A DNA stretch of 50,187 nucleotides from a virus. Taxonomy: Duplodnaviria; Caudoviricetes. The stretch's first letter is position 1; each line of letters begins with the position of its first letter. The notes below the pieces were generated by a model. It saw nothing but the letters and a program-made list of their open reading frames with translations, ran no database searches and was not told the origin of the DNA. The stretch spans positions 1-50,187 of IMG/VR virus record IMGVR_UViG_3300018422_000112; one strand, written 5' to 3'. The position numbers were made by a program, and so were the translations under genes. Positions 1-8,781 of the stretch are shown here, piece by piece.

Positions 1-1200
1 CTAGCATTTCTGCCGCTCCCGCGCAACAACAATAACCTTGCCAAACTGGTTTGTGGTCCGCGAATGGTCCGCAAGCCATGAAAGGGCCTCGCCCCAAACA
101 CGTTGCCAAATGGCACTAAGCGCCTGTTTCGCAGAGGAAAGGCGGGCCGGATCGTACTTCGCGTAAACTGCCGTGGTCCGGTTGCTCATCAGGTGCCCGA
201 GCAAGCCTTCGACATCGGACTGCGGAACGCTCATTGCGCGGAGCTCGGTAGCGATCGTGTGGCGGATCGTCTTGGGGACGATATTCGCCGGCAGGCCCAA
301 TGCGGCCCGCATCGTCCGCCACCAGCGCTTGCGGCTCAACGCGCGCGGATGGGGATGCGAGGCCCAGGCATCGAGCCACGGCCGAAACTCGGGGATCACC
401 GGGACGACGGCATTCCGCTTCTTGGTGAGCGGCAGGCCGTGGGGATGAGTGTCGAATAGATCGCGCTTCATCTGCTTGTCCGGCTGCCATCGCAGTACCG
501 CATCGGGCCTCGCCGCGGTAGCGATCATCCCCAATATCCAGCGCAGCGCCTCGATATCATTGAGCGCATAGCCGACGATTGCGCCGAGCTGATCATAGGT
601 GAGCGTCACGTCTCGCGGCGGCGAACGCTGGTCGGTAGCCACGCTCGGCACCCTAGGCGCGAAAGTCAGCCGCCCGTGCGCCTCATGGTGATTGAGCGCG
701 GCCCGAACGTCCTCGAGATTGCGCTTGACGCTTTCCCCCTTCACGCCCGGCGACGAGTGTCGATAGTCCCGGCCCTGCCAGGTTATTGCGTAGTCGTGCG
801 GCCCCATGCGCCAGGCGATGAAGCGCCTGAAAACGTCGGGGGTGAGCCCCGCCACGGTTACGCCGATGGTCACGCGATCCTGCCGCAGGAACGAGATGAA
901 CTGGCGAAGCGAACTGGCGATTTGCGCCGAGCCGATGGCCTTGCACCCCCGCTCGTCCCAATACAGCATGAGCAGCGGGACGGCCGGCGCTTCATCCGGC
1001 GCCTGCTTTCCCTTGGCGCGCTCGGCTTCGACGTGGCGGTGAAGGGCGGCCTTCGCATCGGCTATCTCCCGGCAACCAGAGCTTCGATGCCGCGTAGTTC
1101 GTGCTTCCGCGTCGTAGGTGAAGATCTGGATGAAGGGCGATTCCGCGCGGGTGCCGAGCCAGTAGTCGCCGACTGTGTAGAGGCGTTTTGGTCGGCCCAT
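1..1200 (-). CDS. int: Tyrosine recombinase / phage integrase
   Basis: R (ATAARPD), K-x-x-R box (PKTIRHT), LLGH and C-terminal Y (VYAKY); AAGGAG upstream of the ATG. Confidence 0.92.
   Translation of the reverse strand: MGRPKRLYTVGDYWLGTRAESPFIQIFTYDAEARTTRHRSSGCREIADAKAALHRHVEAERAKGKQAPDEAPAVPLLMLYWDERGCKAIGSAQIASSLRQFISFLRQDRVTIGVTVAGLTPDVFRRFIAWRMGPHDYAITWQGRDYRHSSPGVKGESVKRNLEDVRAALNHHEAHGRLTFAPRVPSVATDQRSPPRDVTLTYDQLGAIVGYALNDIEALRWILGMIATAARPDAVLRWQPDKQMKRDLFDTHPHGLPLTKKRNAVVPVIPEFRPWLDAWASHPHPRALSRKRWWRTMRAALGLPANIVPKTIRHTIATELRAMSVPQSDVEGLLGHLMSNRTTAVYAKYDPARLSSAKQALSAIWQRVWGEALSWLADHSRTTNQFGKVIVVARERQKC
54..72 (+). promoter_or_regulatory. Putative integrase arm-type sites (TGGTCCGC x2, 11-bp period)
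   Basis: TGGTCCGC at 54-61 and 65-72; identical tandem at 49409-49427 near attR. Confidence 0.65.
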
Positions 1201-1388
1201 TTTGCCGTCAACTCCTTATTCTCGGCGTCGGATAGCATGTTGAGCAAGCCTAGGTCAGCAAGGGCCTGCAGCTCGTCTGCGGTGAAGCGCGTTCCCTGCT
1301 CATTGCGAAGGGCGCGCCGGTACTTCTTGGCGATCGATCCGATTTCAGCGCCCATGGCTATCCGCTTCCGCTTCGGTGAGAAGGTCAA
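1062..1388 (-). CDS. Putative excisionase / recombination directionality factor
   Basis: Small basic ORF directly upstream of int and overlapping its start; the call is positional. Confidence 0.45.
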   Translation of the reverse strand: MTFSPKRKRIAMGAEIGSIAKKYRRALRNEQGTRFTADELQALADLGLLNMLSDAENKELTAKWADQNASTQSATTGSAPARNRPSSRSSPTTRKHELRGIEALVAGR

Positions 1389-1482
1389 GGAGAGAAGGGT
1401 TAGGCATCCAGATGGCCCATTCGATAGGGCGTGGGGCGATGCGCTGATTTCCGGGTGGGCGGGAAGCCGTTGAAAATGCGCT

Positions 1483-1574
1483 GGCGGAGTAGCGCGGGCC
1501 TCCCTTGCCGCCTCGGTCTGGAGCCTTGGGTTGCGGGCGTCTCCGGTGCCCTGTCGGGGAACGTCCCCTGCCGC
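1483..1574 (+). repeat. Degenerate copy of the structured element family (E15)
   Basis: GGCGG...CTGGAGCC-n10-GGCGTCTCCGG..CCCTGTCGGGG...CCGC keeps the motif order and a GCGG/CCGC closing stem. Confidence 0.5.
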
Positions 1575-1767
1575 GGCCGAGCGCTCAGGCGCTCGCGCCG
1601 CCGCCGGGCCGGATGGTGTCGATCAAGGTCATCAAAGCAGAAATGGCCGAGGCCATCTAGGTGTCCGTCTTCATGGTTGCGGTCTCCTTTTTCATCGACT
1701 ATGCCGAAGCTCGGCAAACAGCGAAGGCCCATCGCTATCACGGTTTTTGAGGGGCTGCAAGCGATTT

Positions 1768-1941
1768 TCACGCCGCCCTCCCATAGCTCTCCGGCCCCAG
1801 CGGAATAGCCGTTCCACAGAAGGCGCATTCGGCCGACAGCCGCCCGATCAGCCAACTGCTACGGCCACAGCCCGGACAAGAGCATCCAGGTTTGTGACGG
1901 ATGACGTAGCCTCTATGGTGGGGATCGTGGGGAAGGGTCAT
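1768..1941 (-). CDS. Small zinc-ribbon protein
   Basis: CPGC...CAFC motif; ATGA overlap with the queD-like stop. Confidence 0.6.
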   Translation of the reverse strand: MTLPHDPHHRGYVIRHKPGCSCPGCGRSSWLIGRLSAECAFCGTAIPLGPESYGRAA

Positions 1942-2243
1942 GGGTGGTCCTCCGATTTCCATCTGGCGTAGAAGCGCTCCAAGGGCCGCCTGACTTCGAC
2001 CTCAACGCAATTGGCGAGGCAGCCAACAGCGCGAGCAATATCCTCGCCCCAAGACATATCCTCTGGCAGAACTTTATGATCCCAGAGGCTGACGACGCTC
2101 TGGAGGGCCGCCTTGAAACAGCGCGCGTCGGCCCTGTTCACATTCCGAAACCAGGCGATAACCTCGTAGCTGTGCCCGTGCATCTCTCCCTCAGGAGACT
2201 TGTGCGAGGCGCTGAATACTGCCCCAACTCCGGTAAGGATCAT
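1938..2243 (-). CDS. queD: QueD-like 6-carboxy-tetrahydropterin synthase (T-fold), short variant
   Basis: FSASH...MHGHSY zinc-binding motif, WDH motif, E-x-IA motif. Confidence 0.8.
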   Translation of the reverse strand: MILTGVGAVFSASHKSPEGEMHGHSYEVIAWFRNVNRADARCFKAALQSVVSLWDHKVLPEDMSWGEDIARAVGCLANCVEVEVRRPLERFYARWKSEDHP

Positions 2244-2995
2244 GCCGACGCTCCAATCTGTCGGCATAGGCATTGCGACCGGACCAACGCTCTGGGGCTG
2301 GTAACTCGCCGAAGATGGAAAGCTGGCGTGGGGGCTGATCCTGCCAGTCGTAGCGGTGCCCGTTTTGCGCTAACGTGGTCGCGTCCGCTCCGATAACGGG
2401 ATATTTGTGAGCCTCTGCAGCCCCCCGCAGCAGATGTGTTGGATGCCAGCGGTTTCCATAGAATCGATCTATTTCGTCCATCTTCCGGCGAAAGGCATCG
2501 CATCCTACCGGCTCGCGCTTGGGATGGCCGATCCAGCCGAGACAAACACGGTCGAATCGTTCGCAGAGATGCCCTAGGCGCTCTATTCGGCCATTCATAT
2601 GATAGACAGGAGCGCCCTTGCTCCGGCCAAAAGGCCAGTCGTTCAGTAGGGCGTCGTTGAGTTGGGAAGGGGCGCTTGGGCTGTCCGGAGTCACGGCCCA
2701 ACGTCCCGGAAGGAATAGCCGCGGCTCTAGCCATGCATAATAGGCGCGCCACCATGCGTCTCGTCTTTCTTGGTCCCACTCTTGACCGGCCCGCATCGCC
2801 GACATCCAGAACGAATATCCGCCGTGGTCGAAACATTATGTCGGGGCATATGCCCTCGACTGCCTCCATATCGTCCGGGCGGTAGAAAGAGACGCAGGCA
2901 GCTCGCCCGAGCAACACGGCAAGCAGCGCAGCGCGCGGAGTCAGCGGAGTGCCGTGGTAAATCGTGGGCAGACTTAGGCCGTCCTCTCCCATCAT
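2191..2995 (-). CDS. TGT/DpdA-like deazaguanine transglycosylase-fold protein, split by a +1 frameshift at 2833-2828 (programmed shift or pseudogene)
   Basis: YHGTPLTP...CVSF in frame 0; DHGGYS, PVYHM, RVCLG, THLLRG, GADATT in the +1 frame, matching TGT-barrel motif order. Confidence 0.65.
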
Positions 2996-3687
2996 GACGG
3001 GCTCCCTTGGGGGATGAGGTCGAGGCGCTTGGCGAGGCCGTCGCGGTTGTTCCAGTACATTCCGGGCAGTGAGCCGCCTGGCCCAGTCACTTCGCCAAGG
3101 CCGCGCCTTTTGAGTGCTCGCGCCGCAGCATAAAGCTGACTGGTGGTCAGCTCGACGCCGCAACCTTCTTCGCCGGTGGCATCGTCAGGACAGCTTGCGA
3201 TCAGCATTCGGCGCATGGGGTTAGAAAGGCCCATAATTCCGGCCTCTTTCTTTTTCCTTCTGGCGCGCCGAGTAGATTCCAGCGCGCAGGCTCGGCACCG
3301 CTGCCTTCTCTTCCCATCCGGGAAGACGACCCGAAGAGTGTTTGCTTCATTGAAGGGGTGGCCGTTCTTACAATGGGTGGGCTCTCGATTGTTGAGCCGC
3401 CCCTTGGAGAGAGCGTCCTGGATGTTCTCCAGTTGCGTCCCCCACCACAGATGCGCGGGGTTCACGCAAGGCGGATTATCGCAGGAATGCAGAGCAAAAT
3501 GAGCCTCGGTGGGCCTGCTGCGCCCGTCCGTCTCCAGGGAGATGTGAGTGGCCCTGCGGAGGGTGCCTTTGTGGTGAAAGGCGCCGTAACCTTTCCCCTG
3601 TGTCTGGCCCCGCCAAGGCCAGCACTCGTCCGGCTCTTGCCTATCGATCTTGCTCCAGAAGAGAGCGGCGGTCTGCTCGTCAATCAT
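2992..3687 (-). CDS. HNH endonuclease with Zn-finger, fused to a C-terminal wHTH-like domain
   Basis: ECWPWRG, LHSCDNPPCVNPAHL...EN, THCKNGH...CRAC; GGAGG RBS before ATG 3687. Confidence 0.85.
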   Translation of the reverse strand: MIDEQTAALFWSKIDRQEPDECWPWRGQTQGKGYGAFHHKGTLRRATHISLETDGRSRPTEAHFALHSCDNPPCVNPAHLWWGTQLENIQDALSKGRLNNREPTHCKNGHPFNEANTLRVVFPDGKRRQRCRACALESTRRARRKKKEAGIMGLSNPMRRMLIASCPDDATGEEGCGVELTTSQLYAAARALKRRGLGEVTGPGGSLPGMYWNNRDGLAKRLDLIPQGSPS

Positions 3688-3735
3688 CCCGCACCTCCCC
3701 CGGCATGGATGGTGGCCGGGCGCTCTTGTCATCAC

Positions 3736-4929
3736 TCACGGCCATTTCCGGCACTCCTTGCATTGATCGCCGTCGTGCATGTTGCTGAATTCGGTTGCGG
3801 GTTTGGTCTCGCCACAGAGACAGCACAGCCTGGTGGGCGGCATGGATACTGGGTCAGCCAGACTCGCGAGGCTCGCCGCCTCTTGCAGCAGCGCCACATA
3901 GCGAGGCTCGATCCCGTCGTAACTGTCGGCGGAAATGCCATCGTGAGCTTGTACGAACAGCGCCAGCGCGCGGCGGTGCATGGATACTGGGTCAGGTGAG
4001 GGTGTAATATCAGCCAAGCCGCTCAGAACGATGCTATCGGACTGACCCTGAAGGTAGGCGCGCTGGATGGCGCGGAGGGCTATGTCTCTTCCTTCGGGCG
4101 CTGGGAGAAAATTCATCCTCCCGTCTCGCATGCACTGAGCGGTATTCGGCTGCCCAGCCGCCTCATATTCAGCCGCCAGCAACTCCCGCGCCCGCTGCTC
4201 GACATCTCCCGCCGGACTTATTTGCATATCGTGCAAACAAGTGGCTGCAGGCATGGTGGGCGATGGGGAAAGGGCGGCATCGATTTCCGCAAGAAGCGTG
4301 CGGCATGTCGGAGCGACAGTTTGGTTCTCGATCGCGGGCTCCATCTCGGCCAACGTGATAGGAATCTCGACGTAGCGCCGAGCTCTTTTGAGAAGCGCCC
4401 GCAGCCCCGCTTCCCCGGCACCTTCGGATGCGGGCCGGAAGTGAACGATCCCGGCTTCGCGACGGTGCTCGATAGCCTCCATCAGAGTAGCGAGCCGGAC
4501 GCCAGCGCGAATTTCCATCGCGGGCGGTAGCCTTACATCGCACGGGAGGACGGCACCTTCGGACGATCGAACCCGCAAGCTTTCGTTGCCGGTTGGGGTG
4601 GATTCGGATGGCTTGGGAAGGGCGGCGTCGTAGCGCGTGATAAAGGCTTCCGCAGCCTCGCAGGCGTCCAACAATTCATCGTCAAATCCGGCTCTCCCGC
4701 CGCTCGTATAACCCCTGTAAGTGAGCCGCCTCAGAAGCCTGACCGCCTCCCTCGCGTCCCCTCCGGATAGGGGAGGGCGGGTGTTCCAACGGCCGATAGG
4801 GTCGTCTTCGCCTGGCATTGTCGCCCAACAAGTGAGGCAGCTTATCGACTCGATGCGCCATTTGTAACCGGTGATTATGCTCGCCTTGCCACCGCAAAAC
4901 GGACAGGGTTTCAGCTTATCGTCGCTCAC
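3736..4929 (-). CDS. Lar-family restriction alleviation domain fused to a mosaic C-terminus
   Basis: LKPCPFCGG...CLTC...WNTR N-terminal signature; C-terminal CCLC...CKEC. Confidence 0.7.
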   Translation of the reverse strand: MSDDKLKPCPFCGGKASIITGYKWRIESISCLTCWATMPGEDDPIGRWNTRPPLSGGDAREAVRLLRRLTYRGYTSGGRAGFDDELLDACEAAEAFITRYDAALPKPSESTPTGNESLRVRSSEGAVLPCDVRLPPAMEIRAGVRLATLMEAIEHRREAGIVHFRPASEGAGEAGLRALLKRARRYVEIPITLAEMEPAIENQTVAPTCRTLLAEIDAALSPSPTMPAATCLHDMQISPAGDVEQRARELLAAEYEAAGQPNTAQCMRDGRMNFLPAPEGRDIALRAIQRAYLQGQSDSIVLSGLADITPSPDPVSMHRRALALFVQAHDGISADSYDGIEPRYVALLQEAASLASLADPVSMPPTRLCCLCGETKPATEFSNMHDGDQCKECRKWP

Positions 4930-5675
4930 TTGGAGGAGTCCTTGGGTGAGGAATAGGTAGTTTCGGCGATGTCCTTCGGACCCGCGCTCTCATGCTCCGC
5001 ACCGAGCCGCTCTGCGGCGTCTCGGCCCTGCGGGTTTCGATCGCTATCGCGCGAGGCGATCAGCGCTGCACGGGCTATCGTTACGGCCTTGGACTCTGGC
5101 GCGAAGCTGTGATGCTCGGTGTCGATTATCTCGCCATGGGCGCCCATCAGCGCCGCGACCTTGGCCCCCAGCTCAACCTCTCTCTCTCGAAGTGCGCGCA
5201 GGTCTGCGTAGAGGTCCGGCAGTTCGGCCGAGGCCATGATCTGATCCCATTTGAAGGCATCAAGGGATTCGACCACTTCCCGGAAGTCGTCCGCATCGTT
5301 CGTGCTGCCGAAATAGGAGCGGTCGCCTTCGTCCTCGATCTTGTCGCGCACGTTGATCAGCGCGTCTCGCACGCGGATGAGTAAGCGGCTCTGATAGGCG
5401 CTGTCCGCCCGCAGCTTCACAATCTCGCGCGCGGAAGTCTCGGCGAAGTAGTTGCTGAAGAAGTTCACCGCCATCCCGGCTTCGCGGTGCCAAGGCCGAT
5501 ACGCGCTAGGCGGCGCATCGTCGCGCAGGCCAACGGCAATTGCGAGGACTCGCGCCAGCGCTTGTGTCAGTCGTTCCATGCGCGAGGGATCGAAGCCCGT
5601 AGGGCCGAGACCTTCTTGGGGCTCGGCTTGCGAGAGCCCGGTCGGCTTGCCGACGCGCCCTGAATCAGTCGTCAT
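4926..5675 (-). CDS. Hypothetical cassette protein whose N- and C-termini are encoded by elements E2 and E1
   Basis: Termini nearly identical to those of 10343..10741; unrelated middle. Confidence 0.7.
   Translation of the reverse strand: MTTDSGRVGKPTGLSQAEPQEGLGPTGFDPSRMERLTQALARVLAIAVGLRDDAPPSAYRPWHREAGMAVNFFSNYFAETSAREIVKLRADSAYQSRLLIRVRDALINVRDKIEDEGDRSYFGSTNDADDFREVVESLDAFKWDQIMASAELPDLYADLRALREREVELGAKVAALMGAHGEIIDTEHHSFAPESKAVTIARAALIASRDSDRNPQGRDAAERLGAEHESAGPKDIAETTYSSPKDSSK
4965..5050 (+). repeat. Structured element E1
   Basis: 84/86 identical to E3; closing stem GCGAT/ATCGC. Confidence 0.95.
5580..5671 (-). repeat. Structured element E2
   Basis: 90/92 identical to E4; closing stem GCGCG/CGCGC. 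Confidence 0.95.
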
Positions 5676-5884
5676 CCCACTTCTCCATTTCTCCGCCGCG
5701 CCTCATCCATCAGCTCGGACCTTCGGCGTGTTTCAGCTTGGGCGAGGGCCGCGAGTGCGCGCTCACTTTCCGCGCGGCGGGCTTCATCTACCTCGCGCGG
5801 GGTTCTGCCAGGAATCAAGCCCAGCTTCTGAGCAGCATAGACGACTGCTTGCGCCAGTGGGGAAAGGGGCTCAGGAATTGGCAT
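5672..5884 (-). CDS. Hypothetical phage protein
   Basis: ATGA-coupled ORF in the early-left operon. Confidence 0.55.
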   Translation of the reverse strand: MPIPEPLSPLAQAVVYAAQKLGLIPGRTPREVDEARRAESERALAALAQAETRRRSELMDEARRRNGEVG

Positions 5885-5896
5885 GTTTCTATCCTC

Positions 5897-6232
5897 TCAT
5901 CTCAGGTTCATCTTCGCCCGCTCGGTTGCGTTGACCGTGCGCCACGCCTCGAACCTCAGGCGCTTGCCCTCGGCCTTTGCGTCGGTTCTCCGGTAGTCGT
6001 AGTTCGCCAGTTCCCACTCGGCGGCGGCGGCTTTGTACGTCTCGTCGGCGCGGGCGAAATGCTCGGCCTCGCCGATCCCCTTGCCGGCGCCGCGGTGCTT
6101 GACGACCATGGCCGCGAGGACCTGTTTGCGGCGTTCGTCCAGGGCCTCGACCTGGGCGCGCGCCTCTGCGGCGGCCTCCATCGCCTCCTCGAGCCGATCG
6201 AGCGCCATATCCAGATCTTGCTCGTTACGCAT
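5897..6232 (-). CDS. Coiled-coil protein in the recombination module (UvsY-like position and composition)
   Basis: All-helical, next to ERF/SSB/nuclease genes. Confidence 0.5.
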   Translation of the reverse strand: MRNEQDLDMALDRLEEAMEAAAEARAQVEALDERRKQVLAAMVVKHRGAGKGIGEAEHFARADETYKAAAAEWELANYDYRRTDAKAEGKRLRFEAWRTVNATERAKMNLR

Positions 6233-6605
6233 GATCGAGCTCCCACTTTCTGCCCATGGGCGTGTTGGTCAGCCATTCGAGCCAATAGGCGGTGACGACA
6301 TCGCGGCCGTCGAACTCGTACTTCCGCTGGAACTCCGGCCAGCCCAGTACGTCCGTTTGCTCTTCATGGGCGCCGTCGCACATCGGCATGGACGCGGAAT
6401 CGCTAGCCTTGGTCGACATGCCCTTGTCGCCCCACGGATCGAAGTGGCAGGCGCGGACCTTGCCCCGGCAGACGTGCTTTGGGTCCTGCTGAATGATGAA
6501 GCACGACCGCCCGCGCAGCCATTTCAGGAAAGGCTCACACCGTTTCCATTCATCGGCTCGATGCGAATTCTGCACCCGAGGTTCAAAGGCGGACCTGGCC
6601 AGCAT
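6225..6605 (-). CDS. DUF968-like Zn/HNH-type nuclease
   Basis: FLKWLRGRSC...C...ACH...GMSTKASD...MPMCDGAH pattern. Confidence 0.6.
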   Translation of the reverse strand: MLARSAFEPRVQNSHRADEWKRCEPFLKWLRGRSCFIIQQDPKHVCRGKVRACHFDPWGDKGMSTKASDSASMPMCDGAHEEQTDVLGWPEFQRKYEFDGRDVVTAYWLEWLTNTPMGRKWELDHA

Positions 6606-6859
6606 TAGAAGCCGGGAACGTAGTCGTCATCGCCAGCGGCGGGCTGCCGGCTTTGTTGCCGTCGTTCGCCGCCTTGGCTGCTGTTCTCGCGCGGCTCGCG
6701 AAGATGGATGATGTACTGCCCGTCCTTGCTGGCCGGCATGGCGTCGAGCTTAACCATAAAGCCCGCCCCCTCGCGGTTAGCGAAGGCCACGCCGATGCGC
6801 GTCCAGTAGCTCTTGCCGTCGCTCTCGCGGACGGTCAGCGCGTCAAGCCGATTGCTCAT
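6605..6859 (-). CDS. Small single-stranded DNA-binding protein
   Basis: YWTRIGVAF beta-rich domain with acidic DDDYVPGF tail; downstream of ERF. Confidence 0.65.
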   Translation of the reverse strand: MSNRLDALTVRESDGKSYWTRIGVAFANREGAGFMVKLDAMPASKDGQYIIHLREPRENSSQGGERRQQSRQPAAGDDDYVPGF

Positions 6860-7527
6860 GCGTTCTCCAATTCGGTTTTGCGGTTGAAATATTCCTTCTC
6901 GAGGAATTCGTAGGCGGTGGCGGATGCGCCTCGGATCAGCTCCAGGTCGATCTCAGCGTCATTCCAGGCGAGGCCGAGCGAAGCGATGTCGCCGGACTCC
7001 CTGATCTTCTTGCGGATGCTGCCCGCGAGCTTTTGCAGGTCAGTCTGCTGCTCGCCCTTGGACGCGATCTCGATCTTCTCCTTGTCGGGATCGTCCTTGT
7101 CGCCGGTCTTGATGAGGAAGAGCCCGCGAAAGAGCTGCTTCATCGCATAAGATTGCGAAGAGCCGGCGGCTTGCGCCCCATTGAACTGGACGCTGACGGA
7201 CTTGAATATCGGCCCGTAGGCGGCGCCGCTTTCGTGAACGAGGGTGAAGGCGAAGCGCGACGACCACACCACCATTGGCTTGCCGTCTTTCTTGGTTACC
7301 TCCTGAGTCTCGGCATCGCGCGCTTCATTCGGGATGATGAACAGTCCGGCGTCGGCGCACTGCCCGCGGACGTGCTCAATGAAATCGTCGATAGAGGCAT
7401 ATTCGTAATGGTCGAATGTGTTCTCCCGCTCCTTGGCGAGGGTGCCGAGCGCCTTCATCACCTGGACGACGGCTTTGCCGATCGCTGGCGGGAAGAGGGC
7501 GGGATCGACCTGAGTATCAGCAGCCAT
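6856..7527 (-). CDS. erf: ERF-family single-strand annealing protein
   Basis: YEYASIDD, LVHESG, AQAAGSSQSYAMKQLFRGLFLI...DDPD ERF motif. Confidence 0.88.
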   Translation of the reverse strand: MAADTQVDPALFPPAIGKAVVQVMKALGTLAKERENTFDHYEYASIDDFIEHVRGQCADAGLFIIPNEARDAETQEVTKKDGKPMVVWSSRFAFTLVHESGAAYGPIFKSVSVQFNGAQAAGSSQSYAMKQLFRGLFLIKTGDKDDPDKEKIEIASKGEQQTDLQKLAGSIRKKIRESGDIASLGLAWNDAEIDLELIRGASATAYEFLEKEYFNRKTELENA

Positions 7528-7766
7528 TGGAAATCATCCTTTGAGATGGGGTGAAGCACATTGAGGAGCCGAAAGGGGCTGACCGGAAACAGGCGCGCGC
7601 TGTCGGTTCGCGGCGCCCATTCGGCGAGCCAGCGCTGGTCCGAAAGCAGCTCCCACGTTTCCGGGTCGCGCTCCCCGTCCTCGAGCCAGACGCGGACGGG
7701 AACCCAAGGCCCGCGGGCGCGGAGACGGATCTGGAAATAGCCTTCATGCGGCTCATCGATCAGCAC
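7458..7766 (-). CDS. Hypothetical phage protein
   Basis: EGYFQIRLRARGPWVPVRVW; coupled to neighbours. Confidence 0.6.
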   Translation of the reverse strand: MLIDEPHEGYFQIRLRARGPWVPVRVWLEDGERDPETWELLSDQRWLAEWAPRTDSARLFPVSPFRLLNVLHPISKDDFQWLLILRSIPPSSRQRSAKPSSR

Positions 7767-7971
7767 CTTGCGCCTCTTGGAGTTTGGCGACCTTGGCCGC
7801 GAGCCGGTCGGACGCGTCCGCGAGCTCGGACAGCAAGCCAGGGTCGAACAGCCGAGCCGGCGCCACTTCGATGAAGGGGACGCGCTGCGCGATTTGCGTC
7901 ACGTCATCGATCAGCATTTCGCGCTTGCCGATGGCGAGAGCTATTTCGTGCGGAGAGATGACGGTGGCCAT
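7753..7971 (-). CDS. Hypothetical phage protein
   Basis: GGGGAGG RBS at the inner end of E10, then MATVISPHE. Confidence 0.55.
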   Translation of the reverse strand: MATVISPHEIALAIGKREMLIDDVTQIAQRVPFIEVAPARLFDPGLLSELADASDRLAAKVAKLQEAQGADR

Positions 7972-7983
7972 TATCGCCTCCCC

Positions 7984-8082
7984 GCGCCAGTCGGGCGAAG
8001 CGCGGAGCGACGAGACGCCCCTTGGCGGCTCGGCCCGCAGGGCGAGCACGCGGTGACGGGCGCGCAGCGGCCGGCAGGCGCC
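7984..8082 (-). repeat. Structured element E10
   Basis: GCCCTGCGGGCCGAGCC..GGCGTCTCGTCGCTCCGCGCTTCG; closing stem GCGCC/GGCGC. Confidence 0.85.
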
Positions 8083-8137
8083 AAGGAACTGTCGTCGATG
8101 CGCTCTATATCGTGTTCGAGCATGAGGGCCGAAAGGG

Positions 8138-8611
8138 TCATGGATTGTCTCCGGGCGATGCGGCTTCGCCGCCGCTCTGGCTTGCTTCGCACTCAGCCAA
8201 GCTGCGCTTGTCTTCGCCCTGCGGGAGCCTGCCGCTATCGCGAGGCGGTTTTGGGGCAATCTGGTCGCGAGTGCCGGGCGGAGCGTGATAGTGTCTCTGG
8301 AAAGCAGCAAACGTCGCCGCGTGTTCGGGCGATAACAGCGCCTGACATTCGAGCTTGCCGATTTCGGCCGCTCCGGCGCGATATGCCCCGCCGTCGTCGG
8401 CCATGGACCACCACCAGTCAGCGCGATCCAGCGCTGCCCAATAGGCATCCAGGTCGACCGGCTCGACCTCGAAGAAGCTGAATAGCTCGCGCGGCGATGC
8501 GCCATATAGTTCAGCTCTCGCGCTCGCCTCATCGGCCCAATGGCGGCGCTTGCCGTCCTCCCCCAAGACCGGGCGAAGGACCATTCTGTCCCATCTGGCG
8601 GCGGTGATCAT
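8138..8611 (-). CDS. Hypothetical protein with C-terminus encoded by E9
   Basis: ATGA-coupled ORF. Confidence 0.6.
   Translation of the reverse strand: MITAARWDRMVLRPVLGEDGKRRHWADEASARAELYGASPRELFSFFEVEPVDLDAYWAALDRADWWWSMADDGGAYRAGAAEIGKLECQALLSPEHAATFAAFQRHYHAPPGTRDQIAPKPPRDSGRLPQGEDKRSLAECEASQSGGEAASPGDNP
8154..8241 (+). repeat. Structured element E9
   Basis: GGCGAT-CGGCTTCGCCG..TGCTTCGCA..CCCTGCGGG..ATCGC. Confidence 0.85.
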
Positions 8612-8781
8612 GGTTCCCTCTGCCCAATCGCGGTCGCAGCGATGCCGCGAAGGCGCTTGATGTGCTGGACTGCCCAGTCATATTCGGTGCCGTGGAAGGT
8701 CGCTGGACAATCAGGCAGGTGAGCCTCAGCGATTTCTTGGCACGCGGCCACGGATGCCAGCATTTCGTTGACCGTGGCCAT
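8608..8781 (-). CDS. Small hypothetical protein (57 aa, not in the ORF track)
   Basis: MATVNEMLAS...; overlapping start/stop codons at both ends. Confidence 0.5.
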   Translation of the reverse strand: MATVNEMLASVAACQEIAEAHLPDCPATFHGTEYDWAVQHIKRLRGIAATAIGQREP

